Assembly: GCA_043775155.1 (NCBI GenBank)
Contig: JAYVSR010000025.1
Span: forward strand, 1 to 49,635
Length of the DNA stretch: 49,635 nt
Origin: Burkholderiales bacterium
GTDB taxonomy: Bacteria; Pseudomonadota; Gammaproteobacteria; Burkholderiales; JAEUOS01
Reading direction: 5' to 3'
In this document: in pieces, positions 1 to 8,257 of the stretch
How the letters are laid out: each line of letters begins with the position of its first letter
Numbering within the stretch: the first letter of the stretch is position 1
Notes under the pieces: generated by a model
Databases searched by the model: none
What the model saw: the letters and a program-made list of their open reading frames with translations, nothing else
What the model was told of the DNA's origin: nothing
Position numbers and translations under genes: made by a program

Positions 1-229
1 CGTAGAGCACGGTTTTCGCGGCTGAGAATGAAGTCATGCCAGCCGGGCGTTTGTTGCGGACGTAGACCTCGATGCCGGGGGTGCTGGGGACGCGGAATTC
101 TTCCATCGTGATTGGCGCTGTCGTGACTGGCACTGAAGTGCTCCCGGAGGTGGCTGTTGAGGTTGTGGCGCAGCCCGGCAGAATGGCGGTGGCGGCGAGT
201 AGTGCGAGAGTGGCGAATTTTTTTAGCAT
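1..229 (-). CDS. putative lipoprotein, N-terminal 76 codons only (gene runs off the window start); possibly an alpha/beta-hydrolase
   Basis: Not in the ORF track because it is open at the window edge. Manual reverse-strand translation from the ATG (complement of 227-229) gives MLKKFATLALLAATAILPGCATTSTATSGS...IEVYVRNKRPAGMTSFSAAKTVLY with no stop down to position 1. There is a lipobox L-P-G-C after a hydrophobic signal. GGAG lies a few nt upstream (complement of 235-238). Confidence 0.5.
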   Translation of the reverse strand, partial: MLKKFATLALLAATAILPGCATTSTATSGSTSVPVTTAPITMEEFRVPSTPGIEVYVRNKRPAGMTSFSAAKTVLY

Positions 230-279
230 GTTGGTCTCCGTGATGTTCGTGTCTTTGTGGGAACTGCACTTCGTGGGCC

Positions 280-331
280 GAAAGGGGACAGAGCGCAGCG
301 GCGCTTTGCGCCGGGCGGTCTGTCCCCTTTC
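280..331 (-). other. intergenic compound stem-loop (REP-like or RNA-stability hairpin)
   Basis: The arms GAAAGGGGACAG (280-291) and CTGTCCCCTTTC (320-331) are perfect reverse complements. They enclose a second GC hairpin (GGCGC-TTT-GCGCC). There is no U-tract on either strand, so this is not a classic terminator. Confidence 0.4.
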
Positions 332-336
332 TCGTT

Positions 337-1101
337 CTAGTAAACCGCGCGGCCACCCGACGCATCGAACACCGCGCCCGTGGTGAACGAGCACTCCTCA
401 CTCGCCATCCACGCAATCAACGCCGACAACTCTTCGACTTTGACGAAGCGGTTCATCGGAATTTTTGAGAGCATGAAGTCGATGTGCGCTTGGGTCATCT
501 GCGCAAACATTTCGGTCTGCGCGGCGGCTGGCGTGATGGCGTTAACGCGAATGCCGGTTTGCGCGAGTTCTTTGCCGAGCGATTTGGTCAGGCCAATCAC
601 CGCCGCCTTCGAGGCCGAGTAGGCGGAGGCGTTGGGGTTGCCGTCTTTGCCGGCGATCGAGGCGATGTTGACGATGCGGCCATAGTCGGCCTTCATCATC
701 GGCCCGACGACGGCCTTGCAGCAGTGGAAGGTACCCATCAGGTTGACTTCCTGCACTTGGCGAAAGTCCTTCGACGAATACTCCCAGACCTTGCCAACGG
801 GCCCGGTGATACCGGCACTGTTGACCAGAATGTCGATCTTGCCGAGCGACTTCACCGCTGCGTCGGTAGCGGCGAAGACTTGCGCTTCGTCGGTAATGTC
901 GAGCGTGCAGGTCTCGACCCCGGCCAGAGCGGGAAATGCGTTCGACAACGCCGCCTGCGAAGTCATGAGACGATCCGCCGTCATGTCCCACAACATCACA
1001 CTCGCGCCAGAGGCCAAGAAGCGCTCGGCTACCGCGTAGCCGATGCCGCGCGCGCCGCCGGTGATCACCGCAACGCGGCCTTTCAAATCAATCTGGTTCA
1101 T
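337..1101 (-). CDS. SDR-family NAD(P)-dependent oxidoreductase (FabG-like)
   Basis: ORF 337..1404 trimmed to the ATG at 1101 (MNQIDLKGRVAVITGGARGIGYA...). It has the Rossmann TGGxxGIG motif, NSAGI, and the catalytic YSASKAA. The discarded 101 upstream codons are Arg/Ala-rich and overlap the next gene. Confidence 0.9.
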   Translation of the reverse strand: MNQIDLKGRVAVITGGARGIGYAVAERFLASGASVMLWDMTADRLMTSQAALSNAFPALAGVETCTLDITDEAQVFAATDAAVKSLGKIDILVNSAGITGPVGKVWEYSSKDFRQVQEVNLMGTFHCCKAVVGPMMKADYGRIVNIASIAGKDGNPNASAYSASKAAVIGLTKSLGKELAQTGIRVNAITPAAAQTEMFAQMTQAHIDFMLSKIPMNRFVKVEELSALIAWMASEECSFTTGAVFDASGGRAVY

Positions 1102-1544
1102 GTCTGTTTCGCTTTCTGTTTGGATAATTTTTTCAACGGCCGCAAGTAAAACGCAGTGCAGAGGAAATACACAATGCTCAACAACAACTCGATCAATGCC
1201 AACTGTGCAGACAGACCATTGTCGCTCGCAGCGCGCACGATGCCTTCGGTGAAGTAGAACCACACGAGCAGCGTAGACCATTGCAGAGTGTAGTTGTCGG
1301 CCTTCAACACGCCGCGCAATACGAACAACAGCGGCACCACTTTCAACACCAGCCAGGAGCCGCCGGGGCGCAAGGGCGCGAGCGCAAGCTCCCATGCGGT
1401 ACATAGCGAAATCAGGCCAAGAATGGCTACCAGAGCCACTTTCAGGAGAGTCGCATTGGGTCGGAGGATTGCCGTTTCAACAGCGGTCAGTTCAACAGCA
1501 GCCGTTTCAACCGCGACCGGTTTAGCGTTGCGCACTTCAGTCAT
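1098..1544 (-). CDS. DUF2069-like small integral membrane protein
   Basis: Several hydrophobic helices (LVAILGLISLCTAW, VVPLLFVLRGV, LLLSIVYFLCTAFYL) and a basic tail KKLSKQKAKQT. It has a 4-nt ATGA overlap with the SDR start and the usual position just downstream of wrbA. ATG 1544 has GAGG about 8 nt upstream; GTG 1559 is an alternative start. Confidence 0.6.
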   Translation of the reverse strand: MTEVRNAKPVAVETAAVELTAVETAILRPNATLLKVALVAILGLISLCTAWELALAPLRPGGSWLVLKVVPLLFVLRGVLKADNYTLQWSTLLVWFYFTEGIVRAASDNGLSAQLALIELLLSIVYFLCTAFYLRPLKKLSKQKAKQT

Positions 1545-1555
1545 CGCCGCCTCGA

Positions 1556-2149
1556 TCACCTGGCCAGCTTCAGCGCCACTTGCGCCAGCCGCCGGCCCAG
1601 CGCGCGGGCAATCGTCTTCTCATCATCACTGACCGGCGCATTGCTGCCGCTGCCGGCCACGTGGCTGGCGCCATAAGGCGTACCACCCGTGGTCGTGGTG
1701 GTGAGCGCGGGTTCGGTAAACGGCACGCCCGTGATCAACATGCCGTGATGCAACAGCGGCACCATCATCGTCAACAGCGTCGATTCCTGTCCGCCGTGCA
1801 TGCTGGACGTAGAGGTGAATACGCAAGCCGGTTTGCTCGCCAGCGCGCCGTTCTGCCACTCGGCGCCGGTGGTGTCCCAAAAATATTTCATCGGCGCGGC
1901 CATATTGCCAAAGCGGGTCGGCGAGCCGAGGGCGAGGCCGATGCATTCGGTGAGATCGCGCTTCTCGACATAGGGCGCGCCGCTGTCGGGTACTGGAGGT
2001 GCCGCAGTCTGGGTAATTGGCGCGACCGGCGGTACGGTACGCATGCGTGCTTGCGCACCCGGCACGCTCTCGATGCCTTGTGCAATGCATTCAGCGAGCG
2101 CTTTCACCGAACCGTTGCGGCTGTAATAAAGAATCAGAAGGTCAGACAT
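1556..2149 (-). CDS. wrbA: NAD(P)H:quinone oxidoreductase, WrbA-type flavodoxin-fold protein
   Basis: 197 aa. Starts MSDLLILYYSRNGSVKALAECIAQG (flavodoxin-like FMN loop), then ...CVFTSTSSMHGGQESTLLTMMVPLLHHGMLITGVPF..., which is typical of WrbA. Confidence 0.8.
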   Translation of the reverse strand: MSDLLILYYSRNGSVKALAECIAQGIESVPGAQARMRTVPPVAPITQTAAPPVPDSGAPYVEKRDLTECIGLALGSPTRFGNMAAPMKYFWDTTGAEWQNGALASKPACVFTSTSSMHGGQESTLLTMMVPLLHHGMLITGVPFTEPALTTTTTGGTPYGASHVAGSGSNAPVSDDEKTIARALGRRLAQVALKLAR

Positions 2150-2208
2150 ACGGACATTCCAAGAGGGGAAAGGTATTATACGAAGCCCTCAAGCATACAG
2201 TCCGACCG

Positions 2209-3072
2209 TTGAATTTCACCCGTCTGATTTCGCGTTTTTCAAGCCATCCGGCCAGCGATTTTTTGCGCCGGCTGCTCGATCGCGCACGCGAGGCGAATCT
2301 GGATCAAGTCGCCGGCAGCCTTACCTTCACCACCCTGCTGTCACTGGTGCCCATGATGACGCTGGCCTTGAGCCTGTTCGCGGCGTTTCCGGCCTTCAAC
2401 GACTTCAAAGCCTCGCTCGATGACTATCTGGCCGAGAGTTTTTTGCCGGAAGAAGCGGGCGCGGCGATCATGAAGCACATCGGCGATTTCGCCGCGAATG
2501 CGACTGGCCTCACTGCTGCGGGTTCAATCTTGCTTCTGCTCACTGCCTATTTTTTGTTGCAGACGATTGACCGCGCGTTCTCGGCGATTTGGCGCGTTCG
2601 CCGCTCACGTTCGATGGCGCGCCGCATGGCGCTCTACAGCGCCACCGCCATCGCCGGGCCGCTGGTGGTCGGCGCCAGTCTGGCCGCTACTACTTTTTTC
2701 GTCACCACGTCGATGGGCTTGCTACCCGAAGCACTCTGGCTGGATAAATTGTTGGTATCAGCCGTACCGGCACTGCTGACCACGCTCGGCCTCACCGTGC
2801 TCTATAAAGTCGCCCCCAGTTGCGTGGTGCGCTGGCGCCACGCGCTCTTTGGCGCAGTGTGTGCAACCGCCGGTTTCGAAGTGGTCAAACACCTGTTTGG
2901 CCTCTATCTCGCGGCGTTCCCGTCCTACCAGGTGATCTACGGTGCATTCGCTGCGATTCCGATTTTTTTGATCTGGATCTATCTGTCGTGGACCGTCGCG
3001 CTGGCCGGTGCGCTGCTCGCCGCCGTACACGCGCCGCCGGCCGAGGATTTGCTGGCGTGGCCGGTACTGTAG
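2209..3072 (+). CDS. YihY/BrkB-family inner-membrane protein
   Basis: LDQVAGSLTFTTLLSLVPMMTLALSLFAAFP plus about 6 TM helices and the IYGAFAAIPIFLIWIYLSW motif. The track ORF (from 2017) overlaps divergent wrbA. The first plausible in-frame start after wrbA is TTG 2209, so the start is uncertain. Confidence 0.75.
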   Translation: MNFTRLISRFSSHPASDFLRRLLDRAREANLDQVAGSLTFTTLLSLVPMMTLALSLFAAFPAFNDFKASLDDYLAESFLPEEAGAAIMKHIGDFAANATGLTAAGSILLLLTAYFLLQTIDRAFSAIWRVRRSRSMARRMALYSATAIAGPLVVGASLAATTFFVTTSMGLLPEALWLDKLLVSAVPALLTTLGLTVLYKVAPSCVVRWRHALFGAVCATAGFEVVKHLFGLYLAAFPSYQVIYGAFAAIPIFLIWIYLSWTVALAGALLAAVHAPPAEDLLAWPVL

Positions 3073-3122
3073 GCGTAACCCTGTAGGCGTAACGCCTTCA
3101 GCCGATACCCTAAAATCGGCGT

Positions 3123-3974
3123 ATGACGAACACCACAAACAACACCAGCTTCAGCACCAAACTTAACCAGGCGTGGCAGACAAACGATTCGCTCCTGTGC
3201 GTCGGCATTGACCCCGACATCAAGCGCTTCCCAAAACAATTCACCGGGCGCAAACAGGCGATCCTCGAATTTGGCAAGGCGATTGCCGACGCCACCGCCG
3301 ATCTGGTCTGCGCATTCAAGCCGCAGATCGCCTACTTCCACGCCGAGCGCGCCGAAGACCAGCTCGAAGAATTGATCGCCCACCTGCGCGCCAAGCACCC
3401 GGCAGTGCCGGTGATCCTCGACGCCAAGCGCGGCGACATCGGCTCCACCGCCGAGCAGTACGCGCGCGAAGCGTTCGAGCGCTATCAGGCCGACGCCGTC
3501 ACGATCAGCCCGTTCCTCGGGCGCGACTCAGTCACGCCGTATACCGACTATGCCGACAAGGGCGTGATCATTCTGTGCCGCACCTCGAACCCCGGCGGCA
3601 GCGACATGCAATTTTTGAAAGTCGAAGGCCCGCAAGGCGAAGAGTTGCTGTATCAACGCATCGCCCGCGTCGTCGCCACTGAATGGAACGACAACGACAA
3701 CTGCGCCCTCGTGGTCGGCGCAACTTTCCCGAATGAGCTCGCCGAAGTGCGCCGCATCACCGGCAACATGCCGCTGCTGGTGCCGGGCATCGGCGTGCAA
3801 GGTGGTGATATTGAAGCGACAGTAAAAGCCGGGCGCTCGCCGGATGGTGCCGGCCTGATGATCAACTCGTCACGCGCGATTTTGTACGCGTCGGGCGGCG
3901 AGGATTTCGCCGAGGCGGCGCGGCGGGTGGCGGATCAGACGCGGGTAGCGATTAATCAATACCGCCACGTGTGA
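3123..3974 (+). CDS. pyrF: orotidine-5'-phosphate decarboxylase, type 2
   Basis: 283 aa with [38 protein letters not shown] and [11 protein letters not shown], the long-form PyrF signature. Confidence 0.9.
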   Translation: MTNTTNNTSFSTKLNQAWQTNDSLLCVGIDPDIKRFPKQFTGRKQAILEFGKAIADATADLVCAFKPQIAYFHAERAEDQLEELIAHLRAKHPAVPVILDAKRGDIGSTAEQYAREAFERYQADAVTISPFLGRDSVTPYTDYADKGVIILCRTSNPGGSDMQFLKVEGPQGEELLYQRIARVVATEWNDNDNCALVVGATFPNELAEVRRITGNMPLLVPGIGVQGGDIEATVKAGRSPDGAGLMINSSRAILYASGGEDFAEAARRVADQTRVAINQYRHV

Positions 3975-3995
3975 CAAGCGGCAGAGGAAAGAACC

Positions 3996-4916
3996 ATGAT
4001 CATCGAAAACCATCAAGACGTCACCCGCGCCGTTTTGGCCGAGATGCACCGCACACCGGACGCCCGCACCAAAGAAATTCTTACGTCCCTCGTCACCCAT
4101 TTGCACGGCTTTGTGCGCGACGTAAAGCTGACCGAACGCGAGTTCCAAAACGCCATCGGCCTGATCGCCGAACTCGGGCAGCGCACCACGGCGAGCCACA
4201 ACGAAGTGATGCTGATCAGCGGCGCACTCGGCGTCTCGAATCTGGTGTGCCTGCTCAACAACGGCGCGATGGGCACGCGCGAGACGCAAGCCAACAACCT
4301 CGGGCCGTTCTGGCGGCAAGGCTCACCGGCAGTTGAAAACGGCGGCACGCTGCTGCGCTCGGCCACGCCGGGCGATGCGCTGTTCGTCACCGGGTGGGTG
4401 CGCGATGCCGAAGGCAAACCGGTGGCCGACGCGAAGGTCGATGTCTGGCATTCATCGACCACCGGCTTGTACGAGAATCAAGACCCGTCGCAAGCCGAGA
4501 TGAATCTGCGCGGCACTTTCACGACAGATGCAAACGGTGGTTTCAATTTCCGCAGCGTCAAACCGGCGGGCTACCCGGTGCCGATTGACGGCCCGGCCGG
4601 CAAACTGCTCGCGGCGCAACAGCGCCACAACATGCGCCCGGCACATTTGCATTTTTTGATTTACAAAGAAGGTTTCAAGACCATCGCGTCGCAGGTCTAC
4701 ACGCAGGACGATCCGTATCTCGACACCGATTCGCAGTTCGGCGTGACTAAGGCCTTGATCGGCCACTACGTGCGGCATGAGAATGAAGCGGCACCAGCAG
4801 ACACACCGGCAGCCGACGTGAGCGGTGGCTGGTGGTCGATTGAACACAGTTTCACGCTGGAGCCGGGCGAGAGCCGCCTGCCGAAACCACCGATCACCGG
4901 CAAGGCGACGGCGTAA
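3996..4916 (+). CDS. intradiol ring-cleavage dioxygenase (hydroxyquinol/catechol 1,2-dioxygenase family)
   Basis: N-terminal dioxygenase_N helix bundle (TKEILTSLVTHLHGFVRDVKLTEREF), GPFW..., YENQDP, GYPVPIDGP, and the iron ligands in MRPAHLHFLIY. AGAGGAAAG Shine-Dalgarno upstream. Confidence 0.85.
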   Translation: MIIENHQDVTRAVLAEMHRTPDARTKEILTSLVTHLHGFVRDVKLTEREFQNAIGLIAELGQRTTASHNEVMLISGALGVSNLVCLLNNGAMGTRETQANNLGPFWRQGSPAVENGGTLLRSATPGDALFVTGWVRDAEGKPVADAKVDVWHSSTTGLYENQDPSQAEMNLRGTFTTDANGGFNFRSVKPAGYPVPIDGPAGKLLAAQQRHNMRPAHLHFLIYKEGFKTIASQVYTQDDPYLDTDSQFGVTKALIGHYVRHENEAAPADTPAADVSGGWWSIEHSFTLEPGESRLPKPPITGKATA

Positions 4917-4958
4917 GCGAATTGTTTTTTGCCTTCACCACCTCCTGAAAGAAATCCC

Positions 4959-6503
4959 ATGAACGGCGCAGAAAGCCTGGTTCGCACCCTGATCGCGAGC
5001 GAAGTCGAAGTTTGTTTCACCAACCCCGGCACTTCCGAGATGCACTTTGTCGCTGCACTCGACAAGATCGAGGGCATGCGCAGCGTGCTGGGCTTGTTTG
5101 AAGGCGTGGTCACGGGGGCGGCCGATGGCTACTACCGCATGACCGGCAAACCCGCGTCTACCCTGTTGCATCTCGGGCCAGGCCTCGGCAACGGCCTCGC
5201 CAATTTGCACAACGCCAAAAAGGCGCGCTCAGGGATAGTCAACATCGTCGGCGAGCACGCTGCGCATCACATCAAGCACGACGCGCCTTTGACGGCTGAC
5301 ATCGAGGGGATTGCGCGCCCGATGTCGCATTGGGTGAAGACGTCGCGCTCGTCGAAAGACATTGCGGCGGATGGCGCAGCAGCGGTGGAAGCGGCACGCG
5401 CTGCACCGGGGCAGATTGCGACCTTGATTCTCCCTGCCGATACGGCGTGGAACGAAGGCACCGATCCGGTCGCAGCGAAAGCACCGGAACCGCGCACCTG
5501 CATCGCGTCAGACAGCGTGCGCGCCGCCGCGCAAGCGCTCAAGCAGCCGAACGCGGCGTTGATGCTTGGCGGCATCGGCGTGCGCAACCCGGCGCTCGAT
5601 CTGGCTGGCCGTATCGCCGCCGCTACCGGCTGCCGGCTGATGAGCGAATACAACAGCGCGCGCACCGAGCGCGGCGCGGGGCGGGTGATGACGACGCGCG
5701 TGCCCTACGTGGTCGATCTCGCGTTGAAAACGCTCGGCGAGTTGCGCCAAATCGTCCTGGCCGGCACCAAAGCGCCGGTAAGTTTTTTCGCCTACCCGAA
5801 CAAGCCTTCGACACTTGCACCGCCTGAGTGTGCGTTCACCACTTTAGCCACCGTCGAAGACGATATTGTTGGCGCACTCCAGGCCTTGTGTGATGAATTA
5901 GGAGCAGGCGGCTCAGCGCCGACAAACGTCGCCAATCTTGCGCCACCGGCTCTGCCGACCGGCAAAGTCACGCTCGATGGCATTGCGCAAGTGGTCGGTG
6001 CCATCATTCCGGAAAACGCTATCGTCGTCGACGAATCGGTATCGAGCGGACGCGGCTTCGCGCCGTTCACCGCGCACGCGCAGCCGCACGACTGGCTCAC
6101 CACCATGGGCGGCTCGATCGGCTTCGGTCTGCCCACCTCGGTCGGTGCCGCGATTGGCGCGCCAGGCCGCAAGGTGATCACGCTCGAAGGCGATGGCAGC
6201 GCGATGTATACCTTGCAGTCGCTATGGACGATGGCGCGCGAGCAGCTCGACGTGACAATCATCATCTTCGCCAACCGCAGCTACAACATTTTGCGCGGCG
6301 AGTTGGCCGCTGTCGGGGCCGGCACACCGGGCCAGCGCGCGACCGACATGCTCACGCTGGATCGGCCCAATCTCGACTGGCAAGCGATCGCGCGCGGGCA
6401 GGGCGTCGAGGCGGGGCAGGCGACGACACTCGATGAACTCGCGGTACAGCTCAGGCGTGGTCTTGCCAGTTCGGGGCCGTATTTGATTGAGTTGGTGTTT
6501 TGA
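4959..6503 (+). CDS. thiamine-diphosphate enzyme, acetolactate-synthase large-subunit-like
   Basis: MNGAESLVRTLIASEVEVCFTNPGTSEMHF (TPP N-domain) and the C-terminal TPP-binding motif GGSIGFGLP...LEGDGSAMYTLQSLWT...IFANRSYNIL. Start moved to ATG 4959. Confidence 0.85.
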   Translation: MNGAESLVRTLIASEVEVCFTNPGTSEMHFVAALDKIEGMRSVLGLFEGVVTGAADGYYRMTGKPASTLLHLGPGLGNGLANLHNAKKARSGIVNIVGEHAAHHIKHDAPLTADIEGIARPMSHWVKTSRSSKDIAADGAAAVEAARAAPGQIATLILPADTAWNEGTDPVAAKAPEPRTCIASDSVRAAAQALKQPNAALMLGGIGVRNPALDLAGRIAAATGCRLMSEYNSARTERGAGRVMTTRVPYVVDLALKTLGELRQIVLAGTKAPVSFFAYPNKPSTLAPPECAFTTLATVEDDIVGALQALCDELGAGGSAPTNVANLAPPALPTGKVTLDGIAQVVGAIIPENAIVVDESVSSGRGFAPFTAHAQPHDWLTTMGGSIGFGLPTSVGAAIGAPGRKVITLEGDGSAMYTLQSLWTMAREQLDVTIIIFANRSYNILRGELAAVGAGTPGQRATDMLTLDRPNLDWQAIARGQGVEAGQATTLDELAVQLRRGLASSGPYLIELVF

Positions 6504-6536
6504 AACTGCGCGACTGGCGGCGCTTGACTGGTTGTG

Positions 6537-6564
6537 TTGCATCTGTATACACAGACGATATAAT
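6537..6564 (+). promoter_or_regulatory. sigma70-type promoter of the toxin-antitoxin pair, with an embedded palindrome
   Basis: TTGCAT (6537-6542), 16-nt spacer, TATAAT (6559-6564). The spacer contains the palindrome TGTATACA, a likely autorepressor operator. It lies about 90 nt upstream of the antitoxin ATG. Confidence 0.55.
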
Positions 6565-6582
6565 CGGGTGACTCGACACGCC

Positions 6583-6616
6583 GTTTAGTCGCATTGTTTA
6601 GCCGCATTGTTTAGCT
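6583..6616 (+). repeat. 13-bp direct repeats in the TA leader
   Basis: GCATTGTTTAGCC / GCATTGTTTAGCT (6591-6616), preceded by a partial GTTTAGTC (6583-6590). Confidence 0.7.
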
Positions 6617-6652
6617 GCGGCACCGCTCATCTTCGCGCCCAACTATCTCATC

Positions 6653-6934
6653 ATGACTGCCGCCACCCTGTCCCGTCCAACTGTCATTAATCTGCGTGCG
6701 CCCGCTTTTCGCCGCGATGAAATTGATCGTGCTGCGCGCGTGCAAGGAAAAAGCCGCACCGAATTCATGCTCGATGCAGCGAGCGAAAAGGCACAGCAGG
6801 TATTGCTGGATCGAACCGACTTTACGCTCAGCGCTGCGCAGTACCGGCGCTTTGTCGAACTGCTGGACGCGCCGCTCGCTAATCCTAAAGCGGTGAAACG
6901 TTTGCTGTCGCGAAAAGCCCCTTGGGACAAATGA
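6653..6934 (+). CDS. DUF1778 (TacA/AtaR-like) type II antitoxin
   Basis: 93 aa. INLRAPAFRRDEIDRAARVQGKSRTEFMLDAASEKAQQVLLDRTDFTLSAAQYRRFVELLD is the canonical RHH DUF1778 pattern. The stop is 7 nt before the GNAT gene. Confidence 0.85.
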   Translation: MTAATLSRPTVINLRAPAFRRDEIDRAARVQGKSRTEFMLDAASEKAQQVLLDRTDFTLSAAQYRRFVELLDAPLANPKAVKRLLSRKAPWDK

Positions 6935-6941
6935 GGGCGCA

Positions 6942-7451
6942 GTGACCGCTCCACTGCTGACGGCACCGGCGCCGCTCGCGCGCGCTCACCGCCTCGACAA
7001 TTTTCATTGCAGCCACTCCGCGCTTGAGTTCTGGCTCAAACAGCGCGCGCTCAAAAATCAGGAAGAAGGTGGATCGAGAAGCTTTGTCGTTTGCTCTGGA
7101 GCGGACGTCGTTGGCTATTACGCGCTGGCGGCTGGTTCACTGACACACGAGCAAGCCACCGGCTCGATTCGCCGCAACATGCCCGAGCCAATTCCGGCAG
7201 TCGTGCTCGGGCGGCTCGCGGTTGATTTGCAATGGGCAGGGCGCGGCATCGGTGCATCGATGCTCAAAGATGCGGTGTTGCGCACCGCGCGTCTGGCCGG
7301 TGAGTTGGGGGTGCGCGCGTTGCTGTGTCACGCGATTGACGAAAATGCAAAGCGTTTTTATCTCCATCAAGGCTTTATTGAATCCCCAGCGGCACCGTTG
7401 CTGATGATGTTCAATATCGCAAAAATTCCAACTGGTTTTTCCTCTCAATGA
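6942..7451 (+). CDS. GNAT-family acetyltransferase toxin (TacT/AtaT-like)
   Basis: 169 aa, GTG start. FHCSHSALEFWLKQRALKNQEEGGSRSFVV...YYALAAGS...LGRLAVDLQWAGRGIGASMLKDA...FYLHQGF, with the acetyl-CoA loop RGIG. Always paired with DUF1778. Confidence 0.85.
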   Translation: MTAPLLTAPAPLARAHRLDNFHCSHSALEFWLKQRALKNQEEGGSRSFVVCSGADVVGYYALAAGSLTHEQATGSIRRNMPEPIPAVVLGRLAVDLQWAGRGIGASMLKDAVLRTARLAGELGVRALLCHAIDENAKRFYLHQGFIESPAAPLLMMFNIAKIPTGFSSQ

Positions 7452-8203
7452 TCACCATCGCGACTCGCTTGGGCTGCCCTCGTTTAGGTTTCCTCATCCC
7501 ACCCGGCAACCCGACCACCGAGCCGGAAATCATTCGCATGACGCCGCCCAGCGTGACCGTGCATTTCACCCGCATGGTGGCGCATGGCGTCACCGGTAGC
7601 CTCGATGGGCAAGAAGAGCGCAACCGCACGCAGATCGCGCATCTGCCGGAGAACATCGCGCTGCTCGCGATGGTCAAGCCTGCGGTGATCGTGCTGGCGC
7701 ATACGGCGAGTAGCTACACGCTTGGCACGGCTGGCGAGCAGGCGTTGATCGAACAGGTCGAGGCATCGCAACGCGACGCGGGCATCCGCTTCATCACCGC
7801 GTTTGGCAGCGTGATCGCCGCGTGCCGGCATCTCGGTGTGCAGCGCATCGCGGCGGGCACGCCGTATAGCGCGGCCTCGACGCTGCAATGCAGGGCCAAT
7901 CTCGAAGCCAATGGCCTGACGGTCGCGCACATCGGCCGCCTCGACGGCGTGACGAACATTTACGACGAGACACCCGAGCGTGCGTATCAACTCGGTCGGC
8001 AGGTCGATACGCCGGACGCACAAGCGGTGTTCCTCTCTGGCGTCGGCATGCCCACCGTTGAGATCATCGAGCGGCTGGAGCAGGATTTGGGCAAGCCGGT
8101 GATTTCCAGCGCAGCGGCGATGATGTGGAATGCTCTGCGCGTAGCTGGCGTGCAAACACCGGTCAACGGGTACGGCAGTTTGCTGGCGCAGGGCAAGAGG
8201 TAA
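7448..8203 (+). CDS. Asp/Glu/hydantoin-racemase superfamily protein (maleate-isomerase/arylmalonate-decarboxylase-like)
   Basis: LGFLIPPGNPTTEPEI..., ...RIAAGTPYSA..., ...GKPVISSAAAMMWNALR are typical of the maleate cis-trans isomerase family. ATGA overlap with the toxin stop. Confidence 0.7.
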   Translation: MITIATRLGCPRLGFLIPPGNPTTEPEIIRMTPPSVTVHFTRMVAHGVTGSLDGQEERNRTQIAHLPENIALLAMVKPAVIVLAHTASSYTLGTAGEQALIEQVEASQRDAGIRFITAFGSVIAACRHLGVQRIAAGTPYSAASTLQCRANLEANGLTVAHIGRLDGVTNIYDETPERAYQLGRQVDTPDAQAVFLSGVGMPTVEIIERLEQDLGKPVISSAAAMMWNALRVAGVQTPVNGYGSLLAQGKR

Positions 8204-8234
8204 CACAGCAGGTAACACAGCGGGTAACACCGCA
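8199..8234 (+). repeat. 12-bp x3 tandem repeat spanning a stop codon
   Basis: GGTAACACAGCA GGTAACACAGCG GGTAACACCGCA. The TAA stop of the preceding gene (8201-8203) lies in the first unit. Confidence 0.8.
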
Positions 8235-8257
8235 ACATTGACAACCGGAGCATCACT

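Noticed and set aside
72-386. 104-aa plus-strand ORF at the left edge
   Set aside because: It is antisense to a lipoprotein gene with a clear signal peptide and lipobox, and it spans the intergenic hairpin and the SDR 3' end.
6543-6554. CTGTATACACAG, which resembles a LexA/SOS box
   Set aside because: The E. coli-type SOS box is CTGT-N8-ACAG (16 bp) and here the spacing is only 4. It is more likely the autorepression operator of the adjacent antitoxin.
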